Assembly (NCBI GenBank): GCA_949358305.1 | Contig: OX442314.1 | Coordinates: 2,914,001-2,978,000 of the forward strand | Reading direction: 5' to 3' | Length of the DNA stretch: 64,000 bases | Source: Strigamia acuminata | Taxonomy: Eukaryota | Notes under the pieces: model-generated | Databases searched by the model: none | What the model was told of the DNA's origin: nothing | The model's input: only the letters and a program-made list of their open reading frames with translations | In this document: positions 26,281-40,964 of the stretch, one piece after another | How positions within the stretch are numbered: position 1 is the stretch's first letter | Layout of the letters: every line of letters begins with the position of its first letter | Position numbers and translations under genes: made by a program

Positions 26281-28103
26281 ATGGCTGCAGCACGAACAAC
26301 GAACGGTATTAGAAACATTTGGACAAGGCATACGCACCTCAAGGTAAGGAAAACACCGTTTTAGCACTTCTCGAGAGAGATACGAAACCGGTACTGTATA
26401 TTTTTGCTCAAGAAAATGGTAAATAAAAAGTTAAATCCTATTTGGCACATTTTGTTTCGATCGGGGCCCCAAAAAATGGCTTTGAAATGACATGTTCGCA
26501 ACATTTCTAAGCAAAACAAATGCATTTGCAGGCGGGCAAATGCATTTGCATGGGAAATAAATTTATTTTGAGCTTGGAAAAATGTGTTTTCACGCAAAAT
26601 GATGCATTTGTATGTGAAATAATTTTATTTTGAGCTGAAAAAATGTGTTTTTACGCAAAACAAAGCATTTGCATGGAAAATAATTTTATTTTGAGTTGAA
26701 AAAATAGTGTTTTCACGCAAAACAATGCATTTGTATGGGAAATAATTTTATTTTGAGCCGAAAAAAATGTGTTTTTATGCAAAACAGTGCATTTGTATGG
26801 GAAATAATTTTATTTTGGGCCAAAAAAAATGTGTTTTTATGCAAAACAATGCATTTTCAGACAATTTCAAAATTAAAAAGTTGAAGAAATTTAAATCTTG
26901 TATTTGCATTTAGGAAGCCAGAGCCTGCGTCGCCTGACTCCGTACGAGAAACACTTTTTAGCCAAACGCCTCCCGTTGAACTTCCCCATCACCACCGCCA
27001 TCAGGTTCGTGACGGACGACATCTACTGGCAAAAACGATGCCTCAACCTGTGGGAGATCTGCGACTTGACGCGCTACTACGGCTCCTGGAAAGTGATGTG
27101 TCTGCAACGCACCATCGAGCAGCTCATCGAGGAATACGTGCCGGACGGCGCCGAGGAACAGCTCAAACAGCTCAAATCGCTCATCGTGGCCGCCAACAAA
27201 TTCATCAAACGCCTCACCGTCGGCCACCTCAACGCCGTGTCCACCATCGACGAAGCCAAGCGATTGACGCAGGAAGAATACCGGCTGAGCTTCGAGTCCA
27301 TCTTGGCCAACCTGCCGCACTTGGAGGAGCTCAGCGTGACGTATTGCCCGAACAAATGCGGCCAGGACTTCGACTGGTTCATGTCGCGACTCACGTACGA
27401 CGAGGTCAAGTCGCTGAGCGCCGCCATCATGCCGTGCTACAACCTGCGCGTGTTTGAGCTGCACAAGAGCGAGCTGGACTGCGTCAAGATCAATTTGCTC
27501 ATCCAGGGCTTGATGCATTTGCCGGCGCTCGAGTCGTTGCTGCTGCCGCACAACTTGATCGGCGACAAGGGCGCCTTTTGCATCGCCAAACTGCTCTCGT
27601 CGTCGCCGAAGCTCGCCCGCTTGAACCTCACGAACAATCAGATCGGGCCGGTCGGCGCCGAGGCGATCGCGTTTGTGCTCACAAAGAATAACTCGTTGAA
27701 GGAACTCGGGCTGCGACTGAATACGCTGCAGGAGAAGGGCTGCACGGCCCTGCTGCGCGCCATGGCCGTGAACAAGGGGCTGCAGAAGCTGAATTTGGCG
27801 TCGAACCAGATGGGGGAGAAGTCGGCCGAGATTGGCGGCCAAATACTCCGGTTTAATCGCACGCTCACGGAACTGGATTTCTCCTGCAATCTCGATATAG
27901 GAATGGTAATTGATTAATTTAAAAATTTAAAAATTATTAAATGTTTTTTTAACATTTCCAAGGTGGGTGGTGTGGACATTTTCGAAGGACTCGAGAAGAA
28001 CAGCACGCTCGTCGAGATGGATTTGCGCTGGTGCAATTGCGGCCGCGAAACTGAATATTACGTTGATCAGCTTTTGAAGAACAACCGCAATAAATGTCAT
28101 TGA
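26281..28103 (+). CDS. TCTE1: TCTE1/DRC5-like gene, copy 8 (Pro variant)
   Basis: Same structure; ORF 26898-27917 intact. Confidence 0.88.
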
Positions 28104-29951
28104 AAAAAAAAAACACAAAGAAAGAAATAAAGAAAAATCAAAATTTGTCTCTCCAATTTTTCTGTGCATTTATTTGTTTCGTTTTTAGGCCAAAAAATTC
28201 ACTTTAAGGCCAAAAAAACTCACTTTTAGGCAAAAAAAAACCTCACAAAAAATAAATTTTTAGACAAGTCTGAAAATGTATTTTTTTTTGTCTGAAAATC
28301 CATTTTTTTTTGTCTGAAAATGCATTTTTTTGTTGTCTGAAAATGCATTTTTTTTGTCTGAAAATGATTGTGCAATCACATTCTTACAATCAAAAATGCG
28401 TTTTGTAACAAACGTTACGTTACGTCACGTCACTTCACGGGCACGTTAGTTTAAGGGCACATTAGGTTAAGGGCACATTAGGTTAGGTTAAGGCCCGTTA
28501 GGTTAAGGGCACATTAGGTTAGGTCAAGGCACGTTAGGTTAAGGGCACGTTAGGTTAGGTTAAGGCACGTTAGGTTAGGTTAAGGCACGTTAGGTTAGGT
28601 TAAGGCACGTTAGGTTAAGGGCACATTGGGTTAGGTTAAGGCACGTTAGGTTAGGTTAAGGCACGTTAGGTTAAGGGCACATTAGATTACGATTTTGTTC
28701 AAAAAGTCAAAATTTATCAAAAAAATTGATAATTTGGCCGACATTTATCAAAAAAATTGATAATTCGGCCGACATTTATCAAAAAAATTGATAATTCGGC
28801 CGACATTTATCAAAAAAATTTTGAATTTGGTCAAAATTTATTTATTTATTCCAAAAACTGAGTATTTGGTCAAAATTTATTTATTCCAAAAATTGAGTAT
28901 TTGGTCAAAATTTATGTATCAAAAAAATTTTGAATTTGGTCAAAATTTATTTATTCCAAAAAGTGAGTATTGGGTCAAAATTTATTTATTCATTCAAAAA
29001 ATTGAGAATTTGGTTAAAATTTATTTATTCATTCAAAAAATTGAGAATTTGGTCAAAATTTATTTATTTATTCATTCAAAAAATTGAGAATTTGGTCAAA
29101 ATTCGGAGGAAATTTACAAAACAGTTTAAAATTTACAAAAACCGTTTGAAATTTTATCAATGTCATCAAAAATCGCAATTCATCAAAATCTTATCTCAAA
29201 CACTCGAAATTGAGCAATAAAATTGAGAATTTGGTCAAAATTAAACAAATTCGGAAAAAATTTGCAAAAACCGTTTGAAATTCGTTCGCAATTCATCCAA
29301 AAAATGAAGAATTTGGTCTCAAATTTGAGGAATAATTATTCGAAAATTCAAAGAAATTGAGAATGTGGTCAAATATTACTCAAAAATAATCAAAACAACA
29401 TTCAAATTCAAATTCAAGTTGGTGTTTATTAACAGTCAATACAACTTAACCGACGGCAGAATTCACTCGTTGTTTCAAACCAATTCAAAGTACAATCCGA
29501 TTCGTTCGTTGAAATCACGAAATTCGACAAAATGGCTCCTCGCCTCGCCTCGCCTCGCCTCGCCTCGCTCGAGCTCTTCACCCGATCAGCTCATATCATG
29601 TAATGGCACCATCCTGTGCTCACAACAACCTTAAATACACTACACTATATATACCTAGGTAAATACAGACCTATACTTATGTAATAATATACACTTTTAT
29701 ACCTAACTACAAAAAAGTAGGCTTAACAACAACATGCATTTCAATGGGAATCTGGGAACAAGTAGCGAATATGACGTCGAAAATTGCGCTCCATCATCCG
29801 AGATCATCACCTCAGCTTTGAGAATAACTAACAGCTAAAATCGTTGAAATTTTCAAATTTTCAAACTCTATCAGCCAATAGGACGAACGTTTCTAATTCC
29901 AACTTTCCTCTCTCGCCTACAACCGATCGACCGCAAATCAAGAAAATCGCC

Positions 29952-31774
29952 ATGGCTGCAGCACGAACAACGAACGGTATTAGAAACATTTGGACAAGGC
30001 ATACGCACCTCAAGGTAAGGAAAACACCGTTTTAGCACTTCTCGAGAGAGATACGAAACCGGTACTGTATATTTTTGCTCAAGAAAATGGTAAATAAAAA
30101 GTTAAATCCTATTTGGCACATTTTGTTTCGATCGGGGCCCCAAAAAATGGCTTTGAAATGACATGTTCGCAACATTTCTAAGCAAAACAAATGCATTTGC
30201 AGGCGGGCAAATGCATTTGCATGGGAAATAAATTTATTTTGAGCTTGGAAAAATGTGTTTTCACGCAAAATGATGCATTTGTATGTGAAATAATTTTATT
30301 TTGAGCTGAAAAAATGTGTTTTTACGCAAAACAAAGCATTTGCATGGAAAATAATTTTATTTTGAGTTGAAAAAATAGTGTTTTCACGCAAAACAATGCA
30401 TTTGTATGGGAAATAATTTTATTTTGAGCCGAAAAAAATGTGTTTTTATGCAAAACAGTGCATTTGTATGGGAAATAATTTTATTTTGGGCCAAAAAAAA
30501 TGTGTTTTTATGCAAAACAATGCATTTTCAGACAATTTCAAAATTAAAAAGTTGAAGAAATTTAAATCTTGTATTTGCATTTAGGAAGCCAGAGCCTGCG
30601 TCGCCTGACTCCGTACGAGAAACACTTTTTAGCCAAACGCCTCCCGTTGAACTTCCCCATCACCACCGCCATCAGGTTCGTGACGGACGACATCTACTGG
30701 CAAAAACGATGCCTCAACCTGTGGGAGATCTGCGACTTGACGCGCTACTACGGCTCCTGGAAAGTGATGTGTCTGCAACGCACCATCGAGCAGCTCATCG
30801 AGGAATACGTGCCGGACGGCGCCGAGGAACAGCTCAAACAGCTCAAATCGCTCATCGTGGCCGCCAACAAATTCATCAAACGCCTCACCGTCGGCCACCT
30901 CAACGCCGTGTCCACCATCGACGAAGCCAAGCGATTGACGCAGGAAGAATACCGGCTGAGCTTCGAGTCCATCTTGGCCAACCTGCCGCACTTGGAGGAG
31001 CTCAGCGTGACGTATTGCCCGAACAAATGCGGCCAGGACTTCGACTGGTTCATGTCGCGACTCACGTACGACGAGGTCAAGTCGCTGAGCGCCGCCATCA
31101 TGCCGTGCTACAACCTGCGCGTGTTTGAGCTGCACAAGAGCGAGCTGGACTGCGTCAAGATCAATTTGCTCATCCAGGGCTTGATGCATTTGCCGGCGCT
31201 CGAGTCGTTGCTGCTGCCGCACAACTTGATCGGCGACAAGGGCGCCTTTTGCATCGCCAAACTGCTCTCGTCGTCGCCGAAGCTCGCCCGCTTGAACCTC
31301 ACGAACAATCAGATCGGGCCGGTCGGCGCCGAGGCGATCGCGTTTGTGCTCACAAAGAATAACTCGTTGAAGGAACTCGGGCTGCGACTGAATACGCTGC
31401 AGGAGAAGGGCTGCACGGCCCTGCTGCGCGCCATGGCCGTGAACAAGGGGCTGCAGAAGCTGAATTTGGCGTCGAACCAGATGGGGGAGAAGTCGGCCGA
31501 GATTGGCGGCCAAATACTCCGGTTTAATCGCACGCTCACGGAACTGGATTTCTCCTGCAATCTCGATATAGGAATGGTAATTGATTAATTTAAAAATTTA
31601 AAAATTATTAAATGTTTTTTTAACATTTCCAAGGTGGGTGGTGTGGACATTTTCGAAGGACTCGAGAAGAACAGCACGCTCGTCGAGATGGATTTGCGCT
31701 GGTGCAATTGCGGCCGCGAAACTGAATATTACGTTGATCAGCTTTTGAAGAACAACCGCAATAAATGTCATTGA
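29952..31774 (+). CDS. TCTE1: TCTE1/DRC5-like gene, copy 9 (Pro variant)
   Basis: Same structure; ORF 30569-31588 intact. Confidence 0.88.
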
Positions 31775-33622
31775 AAAAAAAAAACACAAAGAAAGAAATA
31801 AAGAAAAATCAAAATTTGTCTCTCCAATTTTTCTGTGCATTTATTTGTTTCGTTTTTAGGCCAAAAAATTCACTTTAAGGCCAAAAAAACTCACTTTTAG
31901 GCAAAAAAAAACCTCACAAAAAATAAATTTTTAGACAAGTCTGAAAATGTATTTTTTTTTGTCTGAAAATCCATTTTTTTTTGTCTGAAAATGCATTTTT
32001 TTGTTGTCTGAAAATGCATTTTTTTTGTCTGAAAATGATTGTGCAATCACATTCTTACAATCAAAAATGCGTTTTGTAACAAACGTTACGTTACGTCACG
32101 TCACTTCACGGGCACGTTAGTTTAAGGGCACATTAGGTTAAGGGCACATTAGGTTAGGTTAAGGCCCGTTAGGTTAAGGGCACATTAGGTTAGGTCAAGG
32201 CACGTTAGGTTAAGGGCACGTTAGGTTAGGTTAAGGCACGTTAGGTTAGGTTAAGGCACGTTAGGTTAGGTTAAGGCACGTTAGGTTAAGGGCACATTGG
32301 GTTAGGTTAAGGCACGTTAGGTTAGGTTAAGGCACGTTAGGTTAAGGGCACATTAGATTACGATTTTGTTCAAAAAGTCAAAATTTATCAAAAAAATTGA
32401 TAATTTGGCCGACATTTATCAAAAAAATTGATAATTCGGCCGACATTTATCAAAAAAATTGATAATTCGGCCGACATTTATCAAAAAAATTTTGAATTTG
32501 GTCAAAATTTATTTATTTATTCCAAAAACTGAGTATTTGGTCAAAATTTATTTATTCCAAAAATTGAGTATTTGGTCAAAATTTATGTATCAAAAAAATT
32601 TTGAATTTGGTCAAAATTTATTTATTCCAAAAAGTGAGTATTGGGTCAAAATTTATTTATTCATTCAAAAAATTGAGAATTTGGTTAAAATTTATTTATT
32701 CATTCAAAAAATTGAGAATTTGGTCAAAATTTATTTATTTATTCATTCAAAAAATTGAGAATTTGGTCAAAATTCGGAGGAAATTTACAAAACAGTTTAA
32801 AATTTACAAAAACCGTTTGAAATTTTATCAATGTCATCAAAAATCGCAATTCATCAAAATCTTATCTCAAACACTCGAAATTGAGCAATAAAATTGAGAA
32901 TTTGGTCAAAATTAAACAAATTCGGAAAAAATTTGCAAAAACCGTTTGAAATTCGTTCGCAATTCATCCAAAAAATGAAGAATTTGGTCTCAAATTTGAG
33001 GAATAATTATTCGAAAATTCAAAGAAATTGAGAATGTGGTCAAATATTACTCAAAAATAATCAAAACAACATTCAAATTCAAATTCAAGTTGGTGTTTAT
33101 TAACAGTCAATACAACTTAACCGACGGCAGAATTCACTCGTTGTTTCAAACCAATTCAAAGTACAATCCGATTCGTTCGTTGAAATCACGAAATTCGACA
33201 AAATGGCTCCTCGCCTCGCCTCGCCTCGCCTCGCCTCGCTCGAGCTCTTCACCCGATCAGCTCATATCATGTAATGGCACCATCCTGTGCTCACAACAAC
33301 CTTAAATACACTACACTATATATACCTAGGTAAATACAGACCTATACTTATGTAATAATATACACTTTTATACCTAACTACAAAAAAGTAGGCTTAACAA
33401 CAACATGCATTTCAATGGGAATCTGGGAACAAGTAGCGAATATGACGTCGAAAATTGCGCTCCATCATCCGAGATCATCACCTCAGCTTTGAGAATAACT
33501 AACAGCTAAAATCGTTGAAATTTTCAAATTTTCAAACTCTATCAGCCAATAGGACGAACGTTTCTAATTCCAACTTTCCTCTCTCGCCTACAACCGATCG
33601 ACCGCAAATCAAGAAAATCGCC

Positions 33623-35445
33623 ATGGCTGCAGCACGAACAACGAACGGTATTAGAAACATTTGGACAAGGCATACGCACCTCAAGGTAAGGAAAACACCG
33701 TTTTAGCACTTCTCGAGAGAGATACGAAACCGGTACTGTATATTTTTGCTCAAGAAAATGGTAAATAAAAAGTTAAATCCTATTTGGCACATTTTGTTTC
33801 GATCGGGGCCCCAAAAAATGGCTTTGAAATGACATGTTCGCAACATTTCTAAGCAAAACAAATGCATTTGCAGGCGGGCAAATGCATTTGCATGGGAAAT
33901 AAATTTATTTTGAGCTTGGAAAAATGTGTTTTCACGCAAAATGATGCATTTGTATGTGAAATAATTTTATTTTGAGCTGAAAAAATGTGTTTTTACGCAA
34001 AACAAAGCATTTGCATGGAAAATAATTTTATTTTGAGTTGAAAAAATAGTGTTTTCACGCAAAACAATGCATTTGTATGGGAAATAATTTTATTTTGAGC
34101 CGAAAAAAATGTGTTTTTATGCAAAACAGTGCATTTGTATGGGAAATAATTTTATTTTGGGCCAAAAAAAATGTGTTTTTATGCAAAACAATGCATTTTC
34201 AGACAATTTCAAAATTAAAAAGTTGAAGAAATTTAAATCTTGTATTTGCATTTAGGAAGCCAGAGCCTGCGTCGCCTGACTCCGTACGAGAAACACTTTT
34301 TAGCCAAACGCCTCCCGTTGAACTTCCCCATCACCACCGCCATCAGGTTCGTGACGGACGACATCTACTGGCAAAAACGATGCCTCAACCTGTGGGAGAT
34401 CTGCGACTTGACGCGCTACTACGGCTCCTGGAAAGTGATGTGTCTGCAACGCACCATCGAGCAGCTCATCGAGGAATACGTGCCGGACGGCGCCGAGGAA
34501 CAGCTCAAACAGCTCAAATCGCTCATCGTGGCCGCCAACAAATTCATCAAACGCCTCACCGTCGGCCACCTCAACGCCGTGTCCACCATCGACGAAGCCA
34601 AGCGATTGACGCAGGAAGAATACCGGCTGAGCTTCGAGTCCATCTTGGCCAACCTGCCGCACTTGGAGGAGCTCAGCGTGACGTATTGCCCGAACAAATG
34701 CGGCCAGGACTTCGACTGGTTCATGTCGCGACTCACGTACGACGAGGTCAAGTCGCTGAGCGCCGCCATCATGCCGTGCTACAACCTGCGCGTGTTTGAG
34801 CTGCACAAGAGCGAGCTGGACTGCGTCAAGATCAATTTGCTCATCCAGGGCTTGATGCATTTGCCGGCGCTCGAGTCGTTGCTGCTGCCGCACAACTTGA
34901 TCGGCGACAAGGGCGCCTTTTGCATCGCCAAACTGCTCTCGTCGTCGCCGAAGCTCGCCCGCTTGAACCTCACGAACAATCAGATCGGGCCGGTCGGCGC
35001 CGAGGCGATCGCGTTTGTGCTCACAAAGAATAACTCGTTGAAGGAACTCGGGCTGCGACTGAATACGCTGCAGGAGAAGGGCTGCACGGCCCTGCTGCGC
35101 GCCATGGCCGTGAACAAGGGGCTGCAGAAGCTGAATTTGGCGTCGAACCAGATGGGGGAGAAGTCGGCCGAGATTGGCGGCCAAATACTCCGGTTTAATC
35201 GCACGCTCACGGAACTGGATTTCTCCTGCAATCTCGATATAGGAATGGTAATTGATTAATTTAAAAATTTAAAAATTATTAAATGTTTTTTTAACATTTC
35301 CAAGGTGGGTGGTGTGGACATTTTCGAAGGACTCGAGAAGAACAGCACGCTCGTCGAGATGGATTTGCGCTGGTGCAATTGCGGCCGCGAAACTGAATAT
35401 TACGTTGATCAGCTTTTGAAGAACAACCGCAATAAATGTCATTGA
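33623..35445 (+). CDS. TCTE1: TCTE1/DRC5-like gene, copy 10 (Pro variant)
   Basis: Same structure; ORF 34240-35259 intact. Confidence 0.88.
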
Positions 35446-37293
35446 AAAAAAAAAACACAAAGAAAGAAATAAAGAAAAATCAAAATTTGTCTCTCCAATT
35501 TTTCTGTGCATTTATTTGTTTCGTTTTTAGGCCAAAAAATTCACTTTAAGGCCAAAAAAACTCACTTTTAGGCAAAAAAAAACCTCACAAAAAATAAATT
35601 TTTAGACAAGTCTGAAAATGTATTTTTTTTTGTCTGAAAATCCATTTTTTTTTGTCTGAAAATGCATTTTTTTGTTGTCTGAAAATGCATTTTTTTTGTC
35701 TGAAAATGATTGTGCAATCACATTCTTACAATCAAAAATGCGTTTTGTAACAAACGTTACGTTACGTCACGTCACTTCACGGGCACGTTAGTTTAAGGGC
35801 ACATTAGGTTAAGGGCACATTAGGTTAGGTTAAGGCCCGTTAGGTTAAGGGCACATTAGGTTAGGTCAAGGCACGTTAGGTTAAGGGCACGTTAGGTTAG
35901 GTTAAGGCACGTTAGGTTAGGTTAAGGCACGTTAGGTTAGGTTAAGGCACGTTAGGTTAAGGGCACATTGGGTTAGGTTAAGGCACGTTAGGTTAGGTTA
36001 AGGCACGTTAGGTTAAGGGCACATTAGATTACGATTTTGTTCAAAAAGTCAAAATTTATCAAAAAAATTGATAATTTGGCCGACATTTATCAAAAAAATT
36101 GATAATTCGGCCGACATTTATCAAAAAAATTGATAATTCGGCCGACATTTATCAAAAAAATTTTGAATTTGGTCAAAATTTATTTATTTATTCCAAAAAC
36201 TGAGTATTTGGTCAAAATTTATTTATTCCAAAAATTGAGTATTTGGTCAAAATTTATGTATCAAAAAAATTTTGAATTTGGTCAAAATTTATTTATTCCA
36301 AAAAGTGAGTATTGGGTCAAAATTTATTTATTCATTCAAAAAATTGAGAATTTGGTTAAAATTTATTTATTCATTCAAAAAATTGAGAATTTGGTCAAAA
36401 TTTATTTATTTATTCATTCAAAAAATTGAGAATTTGGTCAAAATTCGGAGGAAATTTACAAAACAGTTTAAAATTTACAAAAACCGTTTGAAATTTTATC
36501 AATGTCATCAAAAATCGCAATTCATCAAAATCTTATCTCAAACACTCGAAATTGAGCAATAAAATTGAGAATTTGGTCAAAATTAAACAAATTCGGAAAA
36601 AATTTGCAAAAACCGTTTGAAATTCGTTCGCAATTCATCCAAAAAATGAAGAATTTGGTCTCAAATTTGAGGAATAATTATTCGAAAATTCAAAGAAATT
36701 GAGAATGTGGTCAAATATTACTCAAAAATAATCAAAACAACATTCAAATTCAAATTCAAGTTGGTGTTTATTAACAGTCAATACAACTTAACCGACGGCA
36801 GAATTCACTCGTTGTTTCAAACCAATTCAAAGTACAATCCGATTCGTTCGTTGAAATCACGAAATTCGACAAAATGGCTCCTCGCCTCGCCTCGCCTCGC
36901 CTCGCCTCGCTCGAGCTCTTCACCCGATCAGCTCATATCATGTAATGGCACCATCCTGTGCTCACAACAACCTTAAATACACTACACTATATATACCTAG
37001 GTAAATACAGACCTATACTTATGTAATAATATACACTTTTATACCTAACTACAAAAAAGTAGGCTTAACAACAACATGCATTTCAATGGGAATCTGGGAA
37101 CAAGTAGCGAATATGACGTCGAAAATTGCGCTCCATCATCCGAGATCATCACCTCAGCTTTGAGAATAACTAACAGCTAAAATCGTTGAAATTTTCAAAT
37201 TTTCAAACTCTATCAGCCAATAGGACGAACGTTTCTAATTCCAACTTTCCTCTCTCGCCTACAACCGATCGACCGCAAATCAAGAAAATCGCC

Positions 37294-39116
37294 ATGGCTG
37301 CAGCACGAACAACGAACGGTATTAGAAACATTTGGACAAGGCATACGCACCTCAAGGTAAGGAAAACACCGTTTTAGCACTTCTCGAGAGAGATACGAAA
37401 CCGGTACTGTATATTTTTGCTCAAGAAAATGGTAAATAAAAAGTTAAATCCTATTTGGCACATTTTGTTTCGATCGGGGCCCCAAAAAATGGCTTTGAAA
37501 TGACATGTTCGCAACATTTCTAAGCAAAACAAATGCATTTGCAGGCGGGCAAATGCATTTGCATGGGAAATAAATTTATTTTGAGCTTGGAAAAATGTGT
37601 TTTCACGCAAAATGATGCATTTGTATGTGAAATAATTTTATTTTGAGCTGAAAAAATGTGTTTTTACGCAAAACAAAGCATTTGCATGGAAAATAATTTT
37701 ATTTTGAGTTGAAAAAATAGTGTTTTCACGCAAAACAATGCATTTGTATGGGAAATAATTTTATTTTGAGCCGAAAAAAATGTGTTTTTATGCAAAACAG
37801 TGCATTTGTATGGGAAATAATTTTATTTTGGGCCAAAAAAAATGTGTTTTTATGCAAAACAATGCATTTTCAGACAATTTCAAAATTAAAAAGTTGAAGA
37901 AATTTAAATCTTGTATTTGCATTTAGGAAGCCAGAGCCTGCGTCGCCTGACTCCGTACGAGAAACACTTTTTAGCCAAACGCCTCCCGTTGAACTTCCCC
38001 ATCACCACCGCCATCAGGTTCGTGACGGACGACATCTACTGGCAAAAACGATGCCTCAACCTGTGGGAGATCTGCGACTTGACGCGCTACTACGGCTCCT
38101 GGAAAGTGATGTGTCTGCAACGCACCATCGAGCAGCTCATCGAGGAATACGTGCCGGACGGCGCCGAGGAACAGCTCAAACAGCTCAAATCGCTCATCGT
38201 GGCCGCCAACAAATTCATCAAACGCCTCACCGTCGGCCACCTCAACGCCGTGTCCACCATCGACGAAGCCAAGCGATTGACGCAGGAAGAATACCGGCTG
38301 AGCTTCGAGTCCATCTTGGCCAACCTGCCGCACTTGGAGGAGCTCAGCGTGACGTATTGCCCGAACAAATGCGGCCAGGACTTCGACTGGTTCATGTCGC
38401 GACTCACGTACGACGAGGTCAAGTCGCTGAGCGCCGCCATCATGCCGTGCTACAACCTGCGCGTGTTTGAGCTGCACAAGAGCGAGCTGGACTGCGTCAA
38501 GATCAATTTGCTCATCCAGGGCTTGATGCATTTGCCGGCGCTCGAGTCGTTGCTGCTGCCGCACAACTTGATCGGCGACAAGGGCGCCTTTTGCATCGCC
38601 AAACTGCTCTCGTCGTCGCCGAAGCTCGCCCGCTTGAACCTCACGAACAATCAGATCGGGCCGGTCGGCGCCGAGGCGATCGCGTTTGTGCTCACAAAGA
38701 ATAACTCGTTGAAGGAACTCGGGCTGCGACTGAATACGCTGCAGGAGAAGGGCTGCACGGCCCTGCTGCGCGCCATGGCCGTGAACAAGGGGCTGCAGAA
38801 GCTGAATTTGGCGTCGAACCAGATGGGGGAGAAGTCGGCCGAGATTGGCGGCCAAATACTCCGGTTTAATCGCACGCTCACGGAACTGGATTTCTCCTGC
38901 AATCTCGATATAGGAATGGTAATTGATTAATTTAAAAATTTAAAAATTATTAAATGTTTTTTTAACATTTCCAAGGTGGGTGGTGTGGACATTTTCGAAG
39001 GACTCGAGAAGAACAGCACGCTCGTCGAGATGGATTTGCGCTGGTGCAATTGCGGCCGCGAAACTGAATATTACGTTGATCAGCTTTTGAAGAACAACCG
39101 CAATAAATGTCATTGA
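37294..39116 (+). CDS. TCTE1: TCTE1/DRC5-like gene, copy 11 (Pro variant)
   Basis: Same structure; ORF 37911-38930 intact. Confidence 0.88.
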
Positions 39117-40964
39117 AAAAAAAAAACACAAAGAAAGAAATAAAGAAAAATCAAAATTTGTCTCTCCAATTTTTCTGTGCATTTATTTGTTTCGTTTTTA
39201 GGCCAAAAAATTCACTTTAAGGCCAAAAAAACTCACTTTTAGGCAAAAAAAAACCTCACAAAAAATAAATTTTTAGACAAGTCTGAAAATGTATTTTTTT
39301 TTGTCTGAAAATCCATTTTTTTTTGTCTGAAAATGCATTTTTTTGTTGTCTGAAAATGCATTTTTTTTGTCTGAAAATGATTGTGCAATCACATTCTTAC
39401 AATCAAAAATGCGTTTTGTAACAAACGTTACGTTACGTCACGTCACTTCACGGGCACGTTAGTTTAAGGGCACATTAGGTTAAGGGCACATTAGGTTAGG
39501 TTAAGGCCCGTTAGGTTAAGGGCACATTAGGTTAGGTCAAGGCACGTTAGGTTAAGGGCACGTTAGGTTAGGTTAAGGCACGTTAGGTTAGGTTAAGGCA
39601 CGTTAGGTTAGGTTAAGGCACGTTAGGTTAAGGGCACATTGGGTTAGGTTAAGGCACGTTAGGTTAGGTTAAGGCACGTTAGGTTAAGGGCACATTAGAT
39701 TACGATTTTGTTCAAAAAGTCAAAATTTATCAAAAAAATTGATAATTTGGCCGACATTTATCAAAAAAATTGATAATTCGGCCGACATTTATCAAAAAAA
39801 TTGATAATTCGGCCGACATTTATCAAAAAAATTTTGAATTTGGTCAAAATTTATTTATTTATTCCAAAAACTGAGTATTTGGTCAAAATTTATTTATTCC
39901 AAAAATTGAGTATTTGGTCAAAATTTATGTATCAAAAAAATTTTGAATTTGGTCAAAATTTATTTATTCCAAAAAGTGAGTATTGGGTCAAAATTTATTT
40001 ATTCATTCAAAAAATTGAGAATTTGGTTAAAATTTATTTATTCATTCAAAAAATTGAGAATTTGGTCAAAATTTATTTATTTATTCATTCAAAAAATTGA
40101 GAATTTGGTCAAAATTCGGAGGAAATTTACAAAACAGTTTAAAATTTACAAAAACCGTTTGAAATTTTATCAATGTCATCAAAAATCGCAATTCATCAAA
40201 ATCTTATCTCAAACACTCGAAATTGAGCAATAAAATTGAGAATTTGGTCAAAATTAAACAAATTCGGAAAAAATTTGCAAAAACCGTTTGAAATTCGTTC
40301 GCAATTCATCCAAAAAATGAAGAATTTGGTCTCAAATTTGAGGAATAATTATTCGAAAATTCAAAGAAATTGAGAATGTGGTCAAATATTACTCAAAAAT
40401 AATCAAAACAACATTCAAATTCAAATTCAAGTTGGTGTTTATTAACAGTCAATACAACTTAACCGACGGCAGAATTCACTCGTTGTTTCAAACCAATTCA
40501 AAGTACAATCCGATTCGTTCGTTGAAATCACGAAATTCGACAAAATGGCTCCTCGCCTCGCCTCGCCTCGCCTCGCCTCGCTCGAGCTCTTCACCCGATC
40601 AGCTCATATCATGTAATGGCACCATCCTGTGCTCACAACAACCTTAAATACACTACACTATATATACCTAGGTAAATACAGACCTATACTTATGTAATAA
40701 TATACACTTTTATACCTAACTACAAAAAAGTAGGCTTAACAACAACATGCATTTCAATGGGAATCTGGGAACAAGTAGCGAATATGACGTCGAAAATTGC
40801 GCTCCATCATCCGAGATCATCACCTCAGCTTTGAGAATAACTAACAGCTAAAATCGTTGAAATTTTCAAATTTTCAAACTCTATCAGCCAATAGGACGAA
40901 CGTTTCTAATTCCAACTTTCCTCTCTCGCCTACAACCGATCGACCGCAAATCAAGAAAATCGCC